IMG/VR virus record: IMGVR_UViG_3300036715_003363
DNA from: a virus
Length of the DNA: 64,000 nucleotides
Reading direction: 5' to 3' (one strand)
Shown here: piece after piece, positions 17,349 through 27,139 of the stretch
Position numbering within the stretch: position 1 is the stretch's first letter
How the letters are laid out: the number at the start of each line of letters is the position of its first letter
Notes under the pieces: model-generated
The model's database searches: none
What the model was told of the DNA's origin: nothing
What the model saw: only the letters and a program-made list of their open reading frames with translations
Program-made: the position numbers and the translations under genes

Positions 17349-18053
17349 TTACATTAGAATATTACACTCTTTCCAGTCAATATCAACTGAGTACTTTAGA
17401 GGATCAATGAACCCAGCTTTCTTAAAACCTGCAATACGACTTGAGCAACTCGGACAAATTCCACAACTCAATTCTTTTCCTTCATAGCATGTCCATGTTT
17501 CTCCTAGATGAGCACCTAAACTTAATCCAAGCTCAATAATTTGTTTTTTTGAAAGTTCAATAAGCGGAGCTTTAACCTCAATTCTATTTCGCCTATTCAG
17601 GGATAGTACATCATTGATTGCAGAAAGAAACTCAACAGTGCAGTCAAAATATCCGCTTAGATTATCTACTGCAGCAGCTCCATAGTAGACATGCTCCGCT
17701 CCAATAGACTCAGCATATGCTGCTGCTATTGATATCATAACCATATTGCGGTTAGGGCAATAAGCTGAATTTTGAGGATCTCCGATCACATCCTTCATTT
17801 TAGGAACATCAATAGTACTATTTGTAAGAGCAGATGTACTAGCTAAATTTGAATAGAATGATATATCAATAGTTTTTTGAGATACACTGTTTTTTTCGCA
17901 GTATACTATTGCTTTATCTATTTCTTTTTTGTGTCTCTGATTATAGTTAAATGTTAAGGCGTGTACACTTGCGTGATCTTTAAGTGCACAATGTAGAATT
18001 ACGGAAGAATCTAATCCGCCTGAATATATTACAACTGCTGGAGTACTAATCAT
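17349..18053 (-). CDS. queC: 7-cyano-7-deazaguanine synthase QueC
   Basis: YSGGLDS PP-loop, PNRNMVMIS, DCTVEF, TWTCY...CGICPSC; promoter TTGAAA-N16-TATTAT-N6-ATG supports start 18053. Confidence 0.93.
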   Translation of the reverse strand: MISTPAVVIYSGGLDSSVILHCALKDHASVHALTFNYNQRHKKEIDKAIVYCEKNSVSQKTIDISFYSNLASTSALTNSTIDVPKMKDVIGDPQNSAYCPNRNMVMISIAAAYAESIGAEHVYYGAAAVDNLSGYFDCTVEFLSAINDVLSLNRRNRIEVKAPLIELSKKQIIELGLSLGAHLGETWTCYEGKELSCGICPSCSSRIAGFKKAGFIDPLKYSVDIDWKECNILM

Positions 18054-18345
18054 CGCTATATAATACATTATATATGCAAATTTTCAAGATCTATTTCTTT
18101 GTAAAATTAATCGAAAGTTGGGGAAAACATACCCGTTTTATCACAATACTTTTTTTGAGAAAAATTGTGCTGTCTAGTTTCTCATTTCTCAAATCATTCG
18201 CGAGGTTTCAAGTTTTTTTCTTGCTGTTCATTCTAAAATACTCTATAATGAAAAGATATTAAAATTCATACTACTCCTACATTCTATATAGAACTCCCTG
18301 CAGAATGCCTTTGACGTTTCATCATAATTATCCTATTATAATGGT

Positions 18346-19260
18346 ATGAAATTAATAAACACTGCGAACGCCGACTTCATCAAAGCTGAAGATGTTGTAA
18401 TTCCTGATTCATACTACAATCGCTTTAAGACTGGAGTTGAGACTCTTGACTTCTGCTACGGAGGAGATGGGTTCCTTCCTGGAATGTCCTTCACCTTTGC
18501 AGCACCTCCCGGATCTGGCAAAACTACTTTTTTACTTCAGACTCTTAATCTTCTTGAAAAGAACAATAAGAATACTGCTTATGTTTCCGGAGAGGAGACT
18601 GTTGAGCAGCTCGCATTTACTTGCAAGCGTATTGGTGTGAATCAGGTTCGTGTTGCGAACATTACTTGCATTGAGGATATCTTTGATGCAGTTCAGAAAA
18701 ACAAGTTTAGTATGCTTGTTATCGATTCTTTTCCTTCCATGACTTCTCGTGATGAAACTCTTCACGGAATTCGTTTGGAGAAGTATCTCTCCGATTACAT
18801 TTGCACTAAATCAAAGGAGCTTGAGTGTGTTGTCGGAATAATTCTTCACTACACTAAGAATGGATCTTATAAAGGTTCAACTCTTCTTCCTCATTCCGTT
18901 GATGCAAACTTCACCATGGAGAAGGATGCTGAGGACGAAACGCTTCGGATCGTTGAAGCAACGAAAAACCGCTTTGGTACTTGCGCGCATGTTGCTTTCC
19001 GTATGACCGACACGGGATTCTCCTTTGAAAAGGTTGAGCGCGATGAGATCATTTCTGGCGGAAAGAAGACTAAGAAGAGTGATCAATACAAGGCTTCTCT
19101 CATTAAGGCAGTTACTGATAGCGGTAAGATTAATCTTGCCACGGCAACTGAACTTCTTGGAGATATCAGCAAGGCCATGCAAACTCTTCGTGAGCTTACT
19201 CTTGTCGGAAAACTCAAGAAAGAAGGAAAGGGAGGGGATGCGACTTATACGCTTGCTTAA
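18346..19260 (+). CDS. RadA/Sms-like RecA-fold ATPase
   Basis: PPGSGKTT, YVSGEE, VIDS, HYTKNGSYKGSTLLPHSVD, KNRFG. Confidence 0.8.
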   Translation: MKLINTANADFIKAEDVVIPDSYYNRFKTGVETLDFCYGGDGFLPGMSFTFAAPPGSGKTTFLLQTLNLLEKNNKNTAYVSGEETVEQLAFTCKRIGVNQVRVANITCIEDIFDAVQKNKFSMLVIDSFPSMTSRDETLHGIRLEKYLSDYICTKSKELECVVGIILHYTKNGSYKGSTLLPHSVDANFTMEKDAEDETLRIVEATKNRFGTCAHVAFRMTDTGFSFEKVERDEIISGGKKTKKSDQYKASLIKAVTDSGKINLATATELLGDISKAMQTLRELTLVGKLKKEGKGGDATYTLA

Positions 19261-19300
19261 TATTTGGTTTGAAAATAAAATATCAATATTCAATAAATAT

Positions 19301-19543
19301 ATGAACACAACTACAATGCCTGCTCCAAAAACAAAAAAGAAAACTGAACAGGAATCTGCTCCGAAAAAACCTCTGGAGCCTTATGTTTTTAAGAATATTA
19401 AAGTTCATGAGGTTAATGATGAAACAAATCAAGTAAATGAGCGAACGATCATCAAGCTTATTGGAGATGATGGAGTTATTATTCATTGCTCCGTTGGATG
19501 TGGTTATCGCCTTCTGCGCGATCTGAGAGATGTTCTTGAATAA
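19301..19543 (+). CDS. Hypothetical protein
   Basis: In-frame ATG after TAAATA; the longer ORF-track call overlaps the RadA-like gene. Confidence 0.45.
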   Translation: MNTTTMPAPKTKKKTEQESAPKKPLEPYVFKNIKVHEVNDETNQVNERTIIKLIGDDGVIIHCSVGCGYRLLRDLRDVLE

Positions 19544-19570
19544 GTTATTTTTTTACAATATAATAATCAG

Positions 19571-19789
19571 ATGAAATTTTGTACTGTTTGTCTTTCCGCA
19601 ATTGAAATTGAAAGGATTGAAATTCTTCCTGAAACTACATTCTGTTCTGTTTGTGCTCGAGTTCATTCAAATGTCAAGCCTAGGCTAGGAAGAATGGCAT
19701 TTGGTCATAAAACTGGAGGAGAAATTATGTTGATGTCCGAAGAAACTTTCAAGGAGACAAAGAAGTACTTTGATCCTGATTCTTATTGA
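19571..19789 (+). CDS. DksA/TraR-type C4 zinc finger protein
   Basis: CTVC..AIEIERIEILPETTFCSVCA. Confidence 0.72.
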   Translation: MKFCTVCLSAIEIERIEILPETTFCSVCARVHSNVKPRLGRMAFGHKTGGEIMLMSEETFKETKKYFDPDSY

Positions 19790-19795
19790 AGCTTT

Positions 19796-20089
19796 TTAAA
19801 ATAATGTTTTTGAAGGAAAATACTTTTGGAGAAATATATTCAGTTGATCGCAATCTTTCAAAATATCTATAAATCTTTCCTTCTGTTGAGGAGTTTCAAG
19901 CTCAATATTATTTCCGTACTTATCAACTGCTCGGCGAGAGTTTAATATATTGTGAATCATCCGGAATAATCCATCCCAATCATTCTTATACTTTTCTAGC
20001 TCTAAATCGAAGAATCCAGACTTTGTCGGAGCTTTAATATATGGCATCTCAAGGAGAAGAGACTCCCACAGATTATCAAAATCGCTCAT
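19796..20089 (-). CDS. Hypothetical protein
   Basis: TAAATAA upstream; N-terminus MSDFDNLWESLLLE. Confidence 0.55.
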   Translation of the reverse strand: MSDFDNLWESLLLEMPYIKAPTKSGFFDLELEKYKNDWDGLFRMIHNILNSRRAVDKYGNNIELETPQQKERFIDILKDCDQLNIFLQKYFPSKTLF

Positions 20090-20137
20090 CCTTTATTTAA
20101 GCTTGCAGTATCAATTGTAACCATCTATTATCAATGC

Positions 20138-20335
20138 ATGAATGAAGAAATAGAAGCAGAAATTACAGCAATATATTTTGAAATTAGTGAACTTAAAAAG
20201 ACTCTACTAACAGTTACTGAGATAGTTCAAAATCTCAATTTTATTACTAAAGATCTCGTTGAAATCTCAACAAAAAACAACAAAGAGGAAAGAGCTGCGT
20301 ATGACTATCTCCTTAAGCAGACAGATCATTCTTGA
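20138..20335 (+). CDS. Small coiled-coil protein
   Basis: TTGCAG-N17-TATTAT-N6-ATG. Confidence 0.55.
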   Translation: MNEEIEAEITAIYFEISELKKTLLTVTEIVQNLNFITKDLVEISTKNNKEERAAYDYLLKQTDHS

Positions 20336-20366
20336 TGTTCCTCTTAAATTGTAATAATATAATAGT

Positions 20367-20732
20367 ATGAAAATTAAAACAGCCCTGCTCGCAGCAATCC
20401 TTCCTTTGGCGGGATGCGTTCAATACGTCCCAGTTTCATCTGGAACAGTTACCACTCCTGTAGTTGTTGGTGGTGTACCGCCCATTATAAACTACCCTCA
20501 GCCAATCTATGGCGGAGCAATTCCATTCCAAGGCGGTGGGTATGGATGTGGATACGGATACGGTGGGTATGGTGGAGGTGGATTTGGTTGGAATAACGGA
20601 AACACAACGATTAACAACACCTATAATCGTACAGTAAGTAATAGTGGAAATGTAGGATCTGGAGCTCGCGTCTTTACGGGAGGATACGGAATGGGAATGG
20701 GTGGTGGTACATACGGAGGATTTCGTCGGTGA
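20367..20732 (+). CDS. Gly/Tyr-rich lipoprotein
   Basis: Lipobox LAGC; GYGYGGYGGGG low-complexity region. Confidence 0.6.
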   Translation: MKIKTALLAAILPLAGCVQYVPVSSGTVTTPVVVGGVPPIINYPQPIYGGAIPFQGGGYGCGYGYGGYGGGGFGWNNGNTTINNTYNRTVSNSGNVGSGARVFTGGYGMGMGGGTYGGFRR

Positions 20733-20920
20733 TCTCTCTATCAGGAACTAGAACAAATTTTGATTTCTTTGTTCAATCAATATCTATTCACCTTGATGAT
20801 GCTCTAACTGAATATACTGAAGCAACAACAGATCACGGTAGGGAGTTAGCAACGGTAAAAGTTGAACTTCTTGATAAAGTAGTGGAGGATTTAGCGTATT
20901 ATTTGGGAAATTCATGGTAA
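20729..20920 (+). CDS. Hypothetical protein
   Basis: GTGA overlap with the upstream gene. Confidence 0.4.
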   Translation: MISLSGTRTNFDFFVQSISIHLDDALTEYTEATTDHGRELATVKVELLDKVVEDLAYYLGNSW

Positions 20921-21088
20921 AATCCGGATATTTTCATGATTTTTAATAAAATTCTTATCAATGAGTTGTATTAAATGATCAACGAGTTATCAATGTAATA
21001 TCTTAAGGAGAACATAATTACCTCCGAAAATCAGGTAATAAACGGATACGAGATATAAAAATAGAAGAGTACATGGTTAAATAGTGAT

Positions 21089-21286
21089 GTGCAACCGCCA
21101 TTTGATATTACTTGGAGAGGATTTACATTTAAAATTCTTAAAAGCAGAAAGAAAAATACTCTTGAAATCGCCCTTATGTCAAAACCGAAAAAATATCGAG
21201 GAGAGCTGACAGATGAACATATTGAGTGTCTGTATTATTATCTTCAAGAGGAAGGTTTCATTGGCCGTTCAATTCAATTAGATTAA
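21089..21286 (+). CDS. Hypothetical protein
   Basis: Short ORF after a TAAATA motif. Confidence 0.45.
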   Translation: MQPPFDITWRGFTFKILKSRKKNTLEIALMSKPKKYRGELTDEHIECLYYYLQEEGFIGRSIQLD

Positions 21287-21669
21287 GATATATATATGTC
21301 AGGAAAAGGATCAAAACGTCGTATTGAGAATACAAAGAGAATTCACGAGAATTTTCTAAAAATCAAATTCACCGGTGTAGAAGGATTTAAAAAGAAAAAG
21401 AATAAGATTGTCAAAGTATATCGTTGACGTGTCTGGTATTATTAAACTATGAAAAACAGCGACTACATACAGACTCTGATTCTCTCTTTTGCAGAAAAAG
21501 AAAGAAAAAGAACGCGTTATCACTAAGGTTCTGGTTATCATTGGATTTATTACACTCATTGCATCCATTGCCGCAGCAAATAAGAAAACCACTGATTATC
21601 GATATGATCAGTGTAGTTATGAATCTCAATCAGTATAGAGAAAAAACACCAGTGTAACAATTCGAGTCT

Positions 21670-22050
21670 CTGTTATGGATGAACAGAGGCATTTCAAAGA
21701 TTTCTCTTTATATGGATATAGTACTGTTATGGAGAGAGCAGAGGTATTTCAAAGATGAGTATTCAGATGTTATAGTACTGTTATTGATATACAGAGGCAT
21801 TTCAAAGATGTTATAAGTTGAGGATACAATGGATATAGTACTATATGGAGAGAGCAGAGGCATTTCAAAGATGAGTATTACTAAGAAGCGTTATGGATAT
21901 AGTACTGTTATTGATGTACAGAAGCGTTTCAAAGATGTTATAAGTTATAAGTTGAAGGATACAATGGATATAGTACTGTTATTGATGTACAGAAGCGTTT
22001 CAAAGATAGGTATTACTAAGAAGCGTTATGGATATACTAGTATCATTAGT
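21670..22050. repeat. Mosaic ~55-70 bp repeat family
   Basis: Recurrent modules atggatatagtactgttat and cagag(g)catttcaaagat; tttcaaagat occurs 6 times. Confidence 0.85.
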
Positions 22051-22129
22051 TGAAGGAGAAAGACACTCATATAAGATCAATTGAGATCATTTGCTGAGAC
22101 TCTAGAGGGGGTTAGATAGCCTCGTTCAT

Positions 22130-22885
22130 CCTTTGCATCCTCGTTTAGCGGAGCTTTCATCTTATGCAGCTTATGCAGCTTCGTTCAGCCTTTGTTCAGT
22201 CTTTGTTCAGCCTTTGTTTAGCCTCTGCAGCTTTTGTTTAGCCTCTGCAGCTTTTGTTTAGCCTCTGCAGCTTTTGTTTAGCGGAGCTTCCAGTCTTTGT
22301 TCAGCTTTTGTTTAGCCTCTGCAGCTTTGTTTAGCCTCTGCAGCTTTTGTTTAGTCTTTGTTCAGCCTCTGCAGCTTCGTTCAGCCTCTGCAGCTTTTGT
22401 TTAGCCTCTGCAGCCTCTGCAGCTTTGTTTAGTCTTTGTTTAGCCTCTGCAGCTTTTGTTTAGTCTTTGTTTAGCCTCTGCAGCTTCGTTTAGTCTTTGT
22501 TTAGCCTCTGCAGCTTTTGTTTAGTCTTTGTTTAGCCTCTGCAGCTTTTGTTCAGCCTCTGCAGCTTTTGTTTAGTCTTTGTTTAGCCTCTGCAGCTTCG
22601 TTCAGCCTCTGCAGCTTTTGTTTAGCCTCTGCAGCTTTTGTTTAGCGGAGCTTTCAGTCTTCGTTCAGCCTCTGCAGCTTTTGTTTAGTCTTTGTTTAGC
22701 CTCTGCAGCTTTTGTTTAGCGGAGCTTTCAGTCTTTGTTCAGTCTTTGTTCAGTCTTTGTTTAGCGGAGCTTTCAGCCTTTGAGTACTGCTGTCTCCGAA
22801 CCGCCCGCTCAGCTTCCGCTCCGCTCCGCCCGCTCCGCTTCCGCTTCCGCTTCCGCTATCTAAAGCTAAAGCTAAAGCTAAAGAT
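22130..22885. repeat. Strand-skewed tandem repeats plus microsatellites
   Basis: About 19 copies of gcctctgcag in 20-nt (ttttgtttagcctctgcagc) and 31-nt units, then (ccgct)n, (ccgctt)3 and (ctaaag)4. Confidence 0.95.
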
Positions 22886-22984
22886 TGTCTTTACTTAATA
22901 AGGGAATTCATTTCATGTTCCTGCGCAGCTTTTTTCGCTCTGCAGTCTAAATTCATATTCATATTATGCAGGCTGCGCGACCAA

Positions 22985-23730
22985 CTTGCAAGATTATTAT
23001 AAAGTAATTTGAATCTACTATAGATGATGACAATCTATACCCATCTCCGAGGCAGAGCAAGCTTATACTTACAAGATTATTATAAAGTAATTCTTAGCTT
23101 GCCGGGCCCGGCCGATTGAATCTACTATAGATGATAACAATATAAACCCATCTCCGAGGCAGAGCAAGCTTATAATGATGAAACTACTACTGCAGAGCTT
23201 ATAATGATGAAACTACTACTGCAGAGCTTTATCTTATCGATGTATCCGGCCGATTGAATCTACTATAGATGATAACAATATAAACCCATCTCCGAGGCAG
23301 AGCAAGCTTATAATGATGAAATTTACTACTGCAGAGCAAGCTTATAATGATGAAATTTACTACTGCAGAGCAAGCTTATAATGATCTAGCAGAGTAACGA
23401 ACTTTACTACAAGCTTATAATGATCTAGCAGAGTAACGAACTTTACTACAAGCTTATAATGATGAAACTAGTCTAACAAGCTTATAATGATGAAACTACT
23501 ACTGCAGAGCTTTATCTTATCGATGTATGCAGAGATGAAGATTCTAATTACTGTGTCTGGCTGTTTGAATCTACTATAGATGATAACAATCTATACATAT
23601 CTCCGAGGCAGTACAAGCTTATAATGATCTAGCAGAGTAGCGAACTTTACTACTGCAGAGCAAGCTTATAATGATGAACTTTACTACTGCAGAGCTTATA
23701 ATGATCTGACAGAGCTTTATCTTATCGATG
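22985..23730. repeat. Mosaic repeat family
   Basis: Four copies of gaatctactatagatgat..catctccgaggcag and many aagcttataatgat...ctactgcagagc modules. Confidence 0.9.
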
Positions 23731-23752
23731 TATGCAGAGATGAAGATTCTAA

Positions 23753-23781
23753 TTGCCGTTCCATGGAAGCCTATCCATAAT
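23753..23781 (+). promoter_or_regulatory. Repeated sigma70-type promoter TTG(C/T)CG-N17-CATAAT (copies at 24087, 24821, 25210)
   Basis: Same spacing in all four copies; ATG 6 nt after the -10 box. Confidence 0.75.
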
Positions 23782-23787
23782 AAAATC

Positions 23788-24009
23788 ATGAAGATTAAAA
23801 CAATCATCCATACTGATACTACTGCGGCGGTCATTGACGCTATCATTGCTGAGAGTATTGATGATCCTGCAGGTACCGTAGCCATTAATGCTTTAAACCG
23901 CTGTACAGAGATCTTTCAAGGCACTGCGACGATCTCAGAGGTTAAGCAGTTCTTCCTTAATAGGTATACGTTCATGGCACTGCCCAATGCCGGTAAATTC
24001 TTATGCTAG
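23788..24009 (+). pseudogene. MKIKT-family paralogue 1 (truncated)
   Basis: Near-identical to copies 2 and 3 but stops after AGKFLC; degraded C-terminal sequence follows. Confidence 0.6.
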
Positions 24010-24121
24010 TAATCTAAAAGATGTTGAACTGCATATTGCATTCTAGGTCTCCTTATATTGTCTCTGGCATATATTTGAATTACTAATTGCCGTTCCATGG
24101 AAGCCTATCCATAATAAAATC

Positions 24122-24490
24122 ATGAAGATTAAAACAGCCACTACAATCATCTATACTAATACTACTGAGATCTATAGGAACTTTACTGAGGTGATCATTG
24201 ATGATATCATTACTGAGAGTATTGATGATCCTGCAGGTACCGTAGCCATTAATGCTTTAAACTGCTGTACAAGGATCTTTCAAGGCACTGCGACGATCTC
24301 AGAGGTTTATCAGTTCTTTCACGATGGGTATACGCTCATGGCACTGCCTAATGCCGATAAATTCTTAGATTCTTATACCGGTTCTCTAGATGATGTTGAA
24401 CTGCATATTGCATTCCCAGAATCTCGCTCTAGAGATCCTTATATCGTCCCTGGCAGATATTTGAATGGTCGTACTATAACAATAGCATGA
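24122..24490 (+). CDS. MKIKT-family paralogue 2
   Basis: Full-length copy with its own promoter. Confidence 0.7.
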   Translation: MKIKTATTIIYTNTTEIYRNFTEVIIDDIITESIDDPAGTVAINALNCCTRIFQGTATISEVYQFFHDGYTLMALPNADKFLDSYTGSLDDVELHIAFPESRSRDPYIVPGRYLNGRTITIA

Positions 24491-24741
24491 AGATTAAAAC
24501 AGTCATCTATACTAATACTACTGAGATCTATAGGAACTTTACTGCGGCGGTCATTGATGCTATCATTGCTGAGAGTATTGATGATCCTGCAGGGACAGAG
24601 TTCATCGATGCTTTAAACCGCTGTACAGAGATCTTACGAGGTGTTGCAACGGACTCAGAGGTTTATCAGTTCTTCCTTAATAGGTATACGCTCATGGCAC
24701 TGCCCAATGCCGGTAAATTCTTATACCGGTTCTCTAGATGA
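24487..24741 (+). pseudogene. MKIKT-family paralogue 3 (frameshifted)
   Basis: 8-nt deletion (aaattcttagattcttata to aaattcttata); the original C-terminus continues in another frame to about 24800. Confidence 0.65.
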
Positions 24742-24855
24742 TATTGAACTGCATATTACATTCCCGGCAGCTCATAATAAAACTCCTTATATCGTCCCTG
24801 GCAGATATTTGAATTACTAATTGCCGTTCCTTTTAATCCGCACCATAATAATAGT

Positions 24856-25209
24856 ATGAAAATTAAAACAACTACAAAGGCCGTTACAAAGACTATCATT
24901 GAAGTTGCTTCTGAGGAGTTCTATATGAACTTTACTGAGGCGGTCGTTGCTGAGAGTATTGATGATCAAACAGGTGCAAAGTTCGTTGATGCTTTAATTA
25001 CATGCTCAAAGATCGTTCAAGGCGACGCGACGAGCTCAGAGGTTAAGCAGTTCTTCCTTAATAGGTATACGTTCATGGCACTGCCCAATGTTGGTGGTTT
25101 CTTAGATTCTTATACCGGTTCTCTAGATGATGTTGAACTGCATATTACATTCTCAGAAGCTCACAAGCGAGGTTCTTATATCATCCCTGGCAGATATTTG
25201 AAATTCTAA
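24856..25209 (+). CDS. MKIKT-family paralogue 4
   Basis: Full-length copy with its own promoter. Confidence 0.7.
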   Translation: MKIKTTTKAVTKTIIEVASEEFYMNFTEAVVAESIDDQTGAKFVDALITCSKIVQGDATSSEVKQFFLNRYTFMALPNVGGFLDSYTGSLDDVELHITFSEAHKRGSYIIPGRYLKF

Positions 25210-25244
25210 TTGTCGTTCCTTTTAATCCGCACCATAATAATAGT

Positions 25245-25610
25245 ATGAAAATTAAAACAGCCAAGACGACAATCACGAAGACGATCATTGAAGTTACTTC
25301 AGCTGAGTTCTTTATGGACTTTACTGAAGCTATCGTCTATCGTGCCGTTGCTGATAATATTGATGATCGAATGAGTTTCGTAGCCATTGATGCTTTAAAC
25401 CGCGGCACAAGTATCTTTCAAGGAACTGCCACGCCGACGGAGGTGAATCGATTCTTCCGCGATGGGTATACACTCATGGCAATACCTGGTGCAACTGAGT
25501 TCTTTAATAACTATACTGGTAATCTAGAGAATGTTGAAATGCATATTACATTCCCGGCGTCTCACAAGCGAGAACCTTATATTGTCTCTGGCATATATTC
25601 AAACTACTAA
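25245..25610 (+). CDS. MKIKT-family paralogue 5
   Basis: Most divergent full-length copy, with its own promoter. Confidence 0.7.
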   Translation: MKIKTAKTTITKTIIEVTSAEFFMDFTEAIVYRAVADNIDDRMSFVAIDALNRGTSIFQGTATPTEVNRFFRDGYTLMAIPGATEFFNNYTGNLENVEMHITFPASHKREPYIVSGIYSNY

Positions 25611-25907
25611 TCAACCTGATGCTGATATATTTACAGTTTAAGACTCACTGAAACCCACTCTTTTAATATGGAATACAACAAACACGAATCAGAATCAGAT
25701 CATTTTGTCCTTGGACTAATCATCGGCGCGAGCATTGCTAACGTTATTGCATATATCATTATAATACTATAACCTATTTTATGATTCTTTATATACTAAC
25801 TATTATCTGCGCTACTATCATAAGTTTCTTTCTGATAACCAGTGGCTCGGCTGTACTAACTTTTGCAATGCTAGCTTTCTGCATTGCTGTCATGATCTTT
25901 CTGATAA

Positions 25908-26351
25908 ATGATTTATAGCAATAAAAACGCGGTTGAATACTACGAGAAGTTCAACAAGCTTCCACACCCGAAGATCAAATGCTCGCTGTGTAGCGCAATG
26001 ACAACATGCTTTGGCGATAATCTCCGTAGTCGCATTAAGCTTGCCGGGGGATTGCTTGAGCTCTTAGATAGCTTCAAGTGCCGGCGTTGTCGCACCGGAG
26101 CGTCGCCGATGAAGCCCGTAAAGGCTGCCCGGGTGACGAAGGCTACCAATAAGATAAAGGACTGTGACATTCCTAAGATGAGGCCCTTTGTACCGCTCAA
26201 TATGTATTTGCGTGATTTACCTGATCTAGCTTCCTCGATATCTACCACATCATGCCTGGCACCGCAACTCTATCTGAATAACGGTAGGAATTGTCGAGGA
26301 TGTACGTTTCATTCAATGTGTAATAACCCTCTTCGTAAACAAGTAGCATAA
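25908..26351 (+). CDS. Cys-rich zinc-binding protein
   Basis: CSLC...CRRC plus C-terminal SCLAPQLYLNNGRNCRGCTFHSMC. Confidence 0.6.
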   Translation: MIYSNKNAVEYYEKFNKLPHPKIKCSLCSAMTTCFGDNLRSRIKLAGGLLELLDSFKCRRCRTGASPMKPVKAARVTKATNKIKDCDIPKMRPFVPLNMYLRDLPDLASSISTTSCLAPQLYLNNGRNCRGCTFHSMCNNPLRKQVA

Positions 26352-26562
26352 CCGCAGAAAACCCCGGGACCCCTAAAGCTCCCAAGCGCATACATACAAT
26401 GAATCGCAATATACAACCCAGTAAATCAGATAGTCCGAGCTATGGAAACTTTCTTATTGATTGTGCCTTGAGAATCTCTTATACTGATCGTATGAAAATT
26501 AAGAACAAAACAGTACAGCACAACGCAATCTAACCCAGGTATTCCTACAACACTGATATATT

Positions 26563-26808
26563 ATGTATAAAAATATGATTAACTTCTACGACCAAATCCT
26601 ATCGCTGCCAATTGATACGCGCACGGAGTGCTTTAAAATTGCTGAGCGTGCCATGTCTGATATGTACCCAGTGTACAGTACTGATGATGTCTGGCAGTAT
26701 ATTTTCTACCGATGCTACAATCTTCATCCAGATGACTTCCTTAGCTGGGCAGGACTTCTTCAAGACCACAATCTCTTTGATCAGAGTCTTCTAAAAATAC
26801 AAGATTGA
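26563..26808 (+). CDS. Hypothetical protein
   Basis: Short co-oriented ORF. Confidence 0.45.
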   Translation: MYKNMINFYDQILSLPIDTRTECFKIAERAMSDMYPVYSTDDVWQYIFYRCYNLHPDDFLSWAGLLQDHNLFDQSLLKIQD

Positions 26809-27139
26809 CTTTCCTCAAGAATCAAGATACCATCTATAGATAATGAAATACCTTTTAAGACTATTAGGATACGAAATCGTAGAGCATAAGCCCATCTCTA
26901 TTCTAGCTCATATGCACAGAACTACTCATCAGAGCTGGTTGAAGTCCTTGCAGAACTCAAATCGAATAAGAGACTATCAGGTTAACCTTTATATCAATGA
27001 ATAAACGAATAGTTATTATTTGTCTAGTATGCTGTATAATCGCAAGTATACCTCATATTATTAACCATTGTCGTAATTCTTTTACTGATCGATATTCTTT
27101 ATATGTCAGCTTAGATTAGCACTCTCCCAACCTCAAATA

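Noticed and set aside
22692-22898. ORF-track CDS, and a KAAEAKQ-type reading on the minus strand
   Set aside because: It is a translation of tandem repeats; the 20-nt period breaks any continuous frame.
21670-23730. CRISPR array
   Set aside because: The sequences between repeats are themselves repeated modules, not unique spacers, and no cas genes are nearby.
23753-25610. Diversity-generating retroelement
   Set aside because: No reverse transcriptase in the window, and differences between copies are not confined to adenines.
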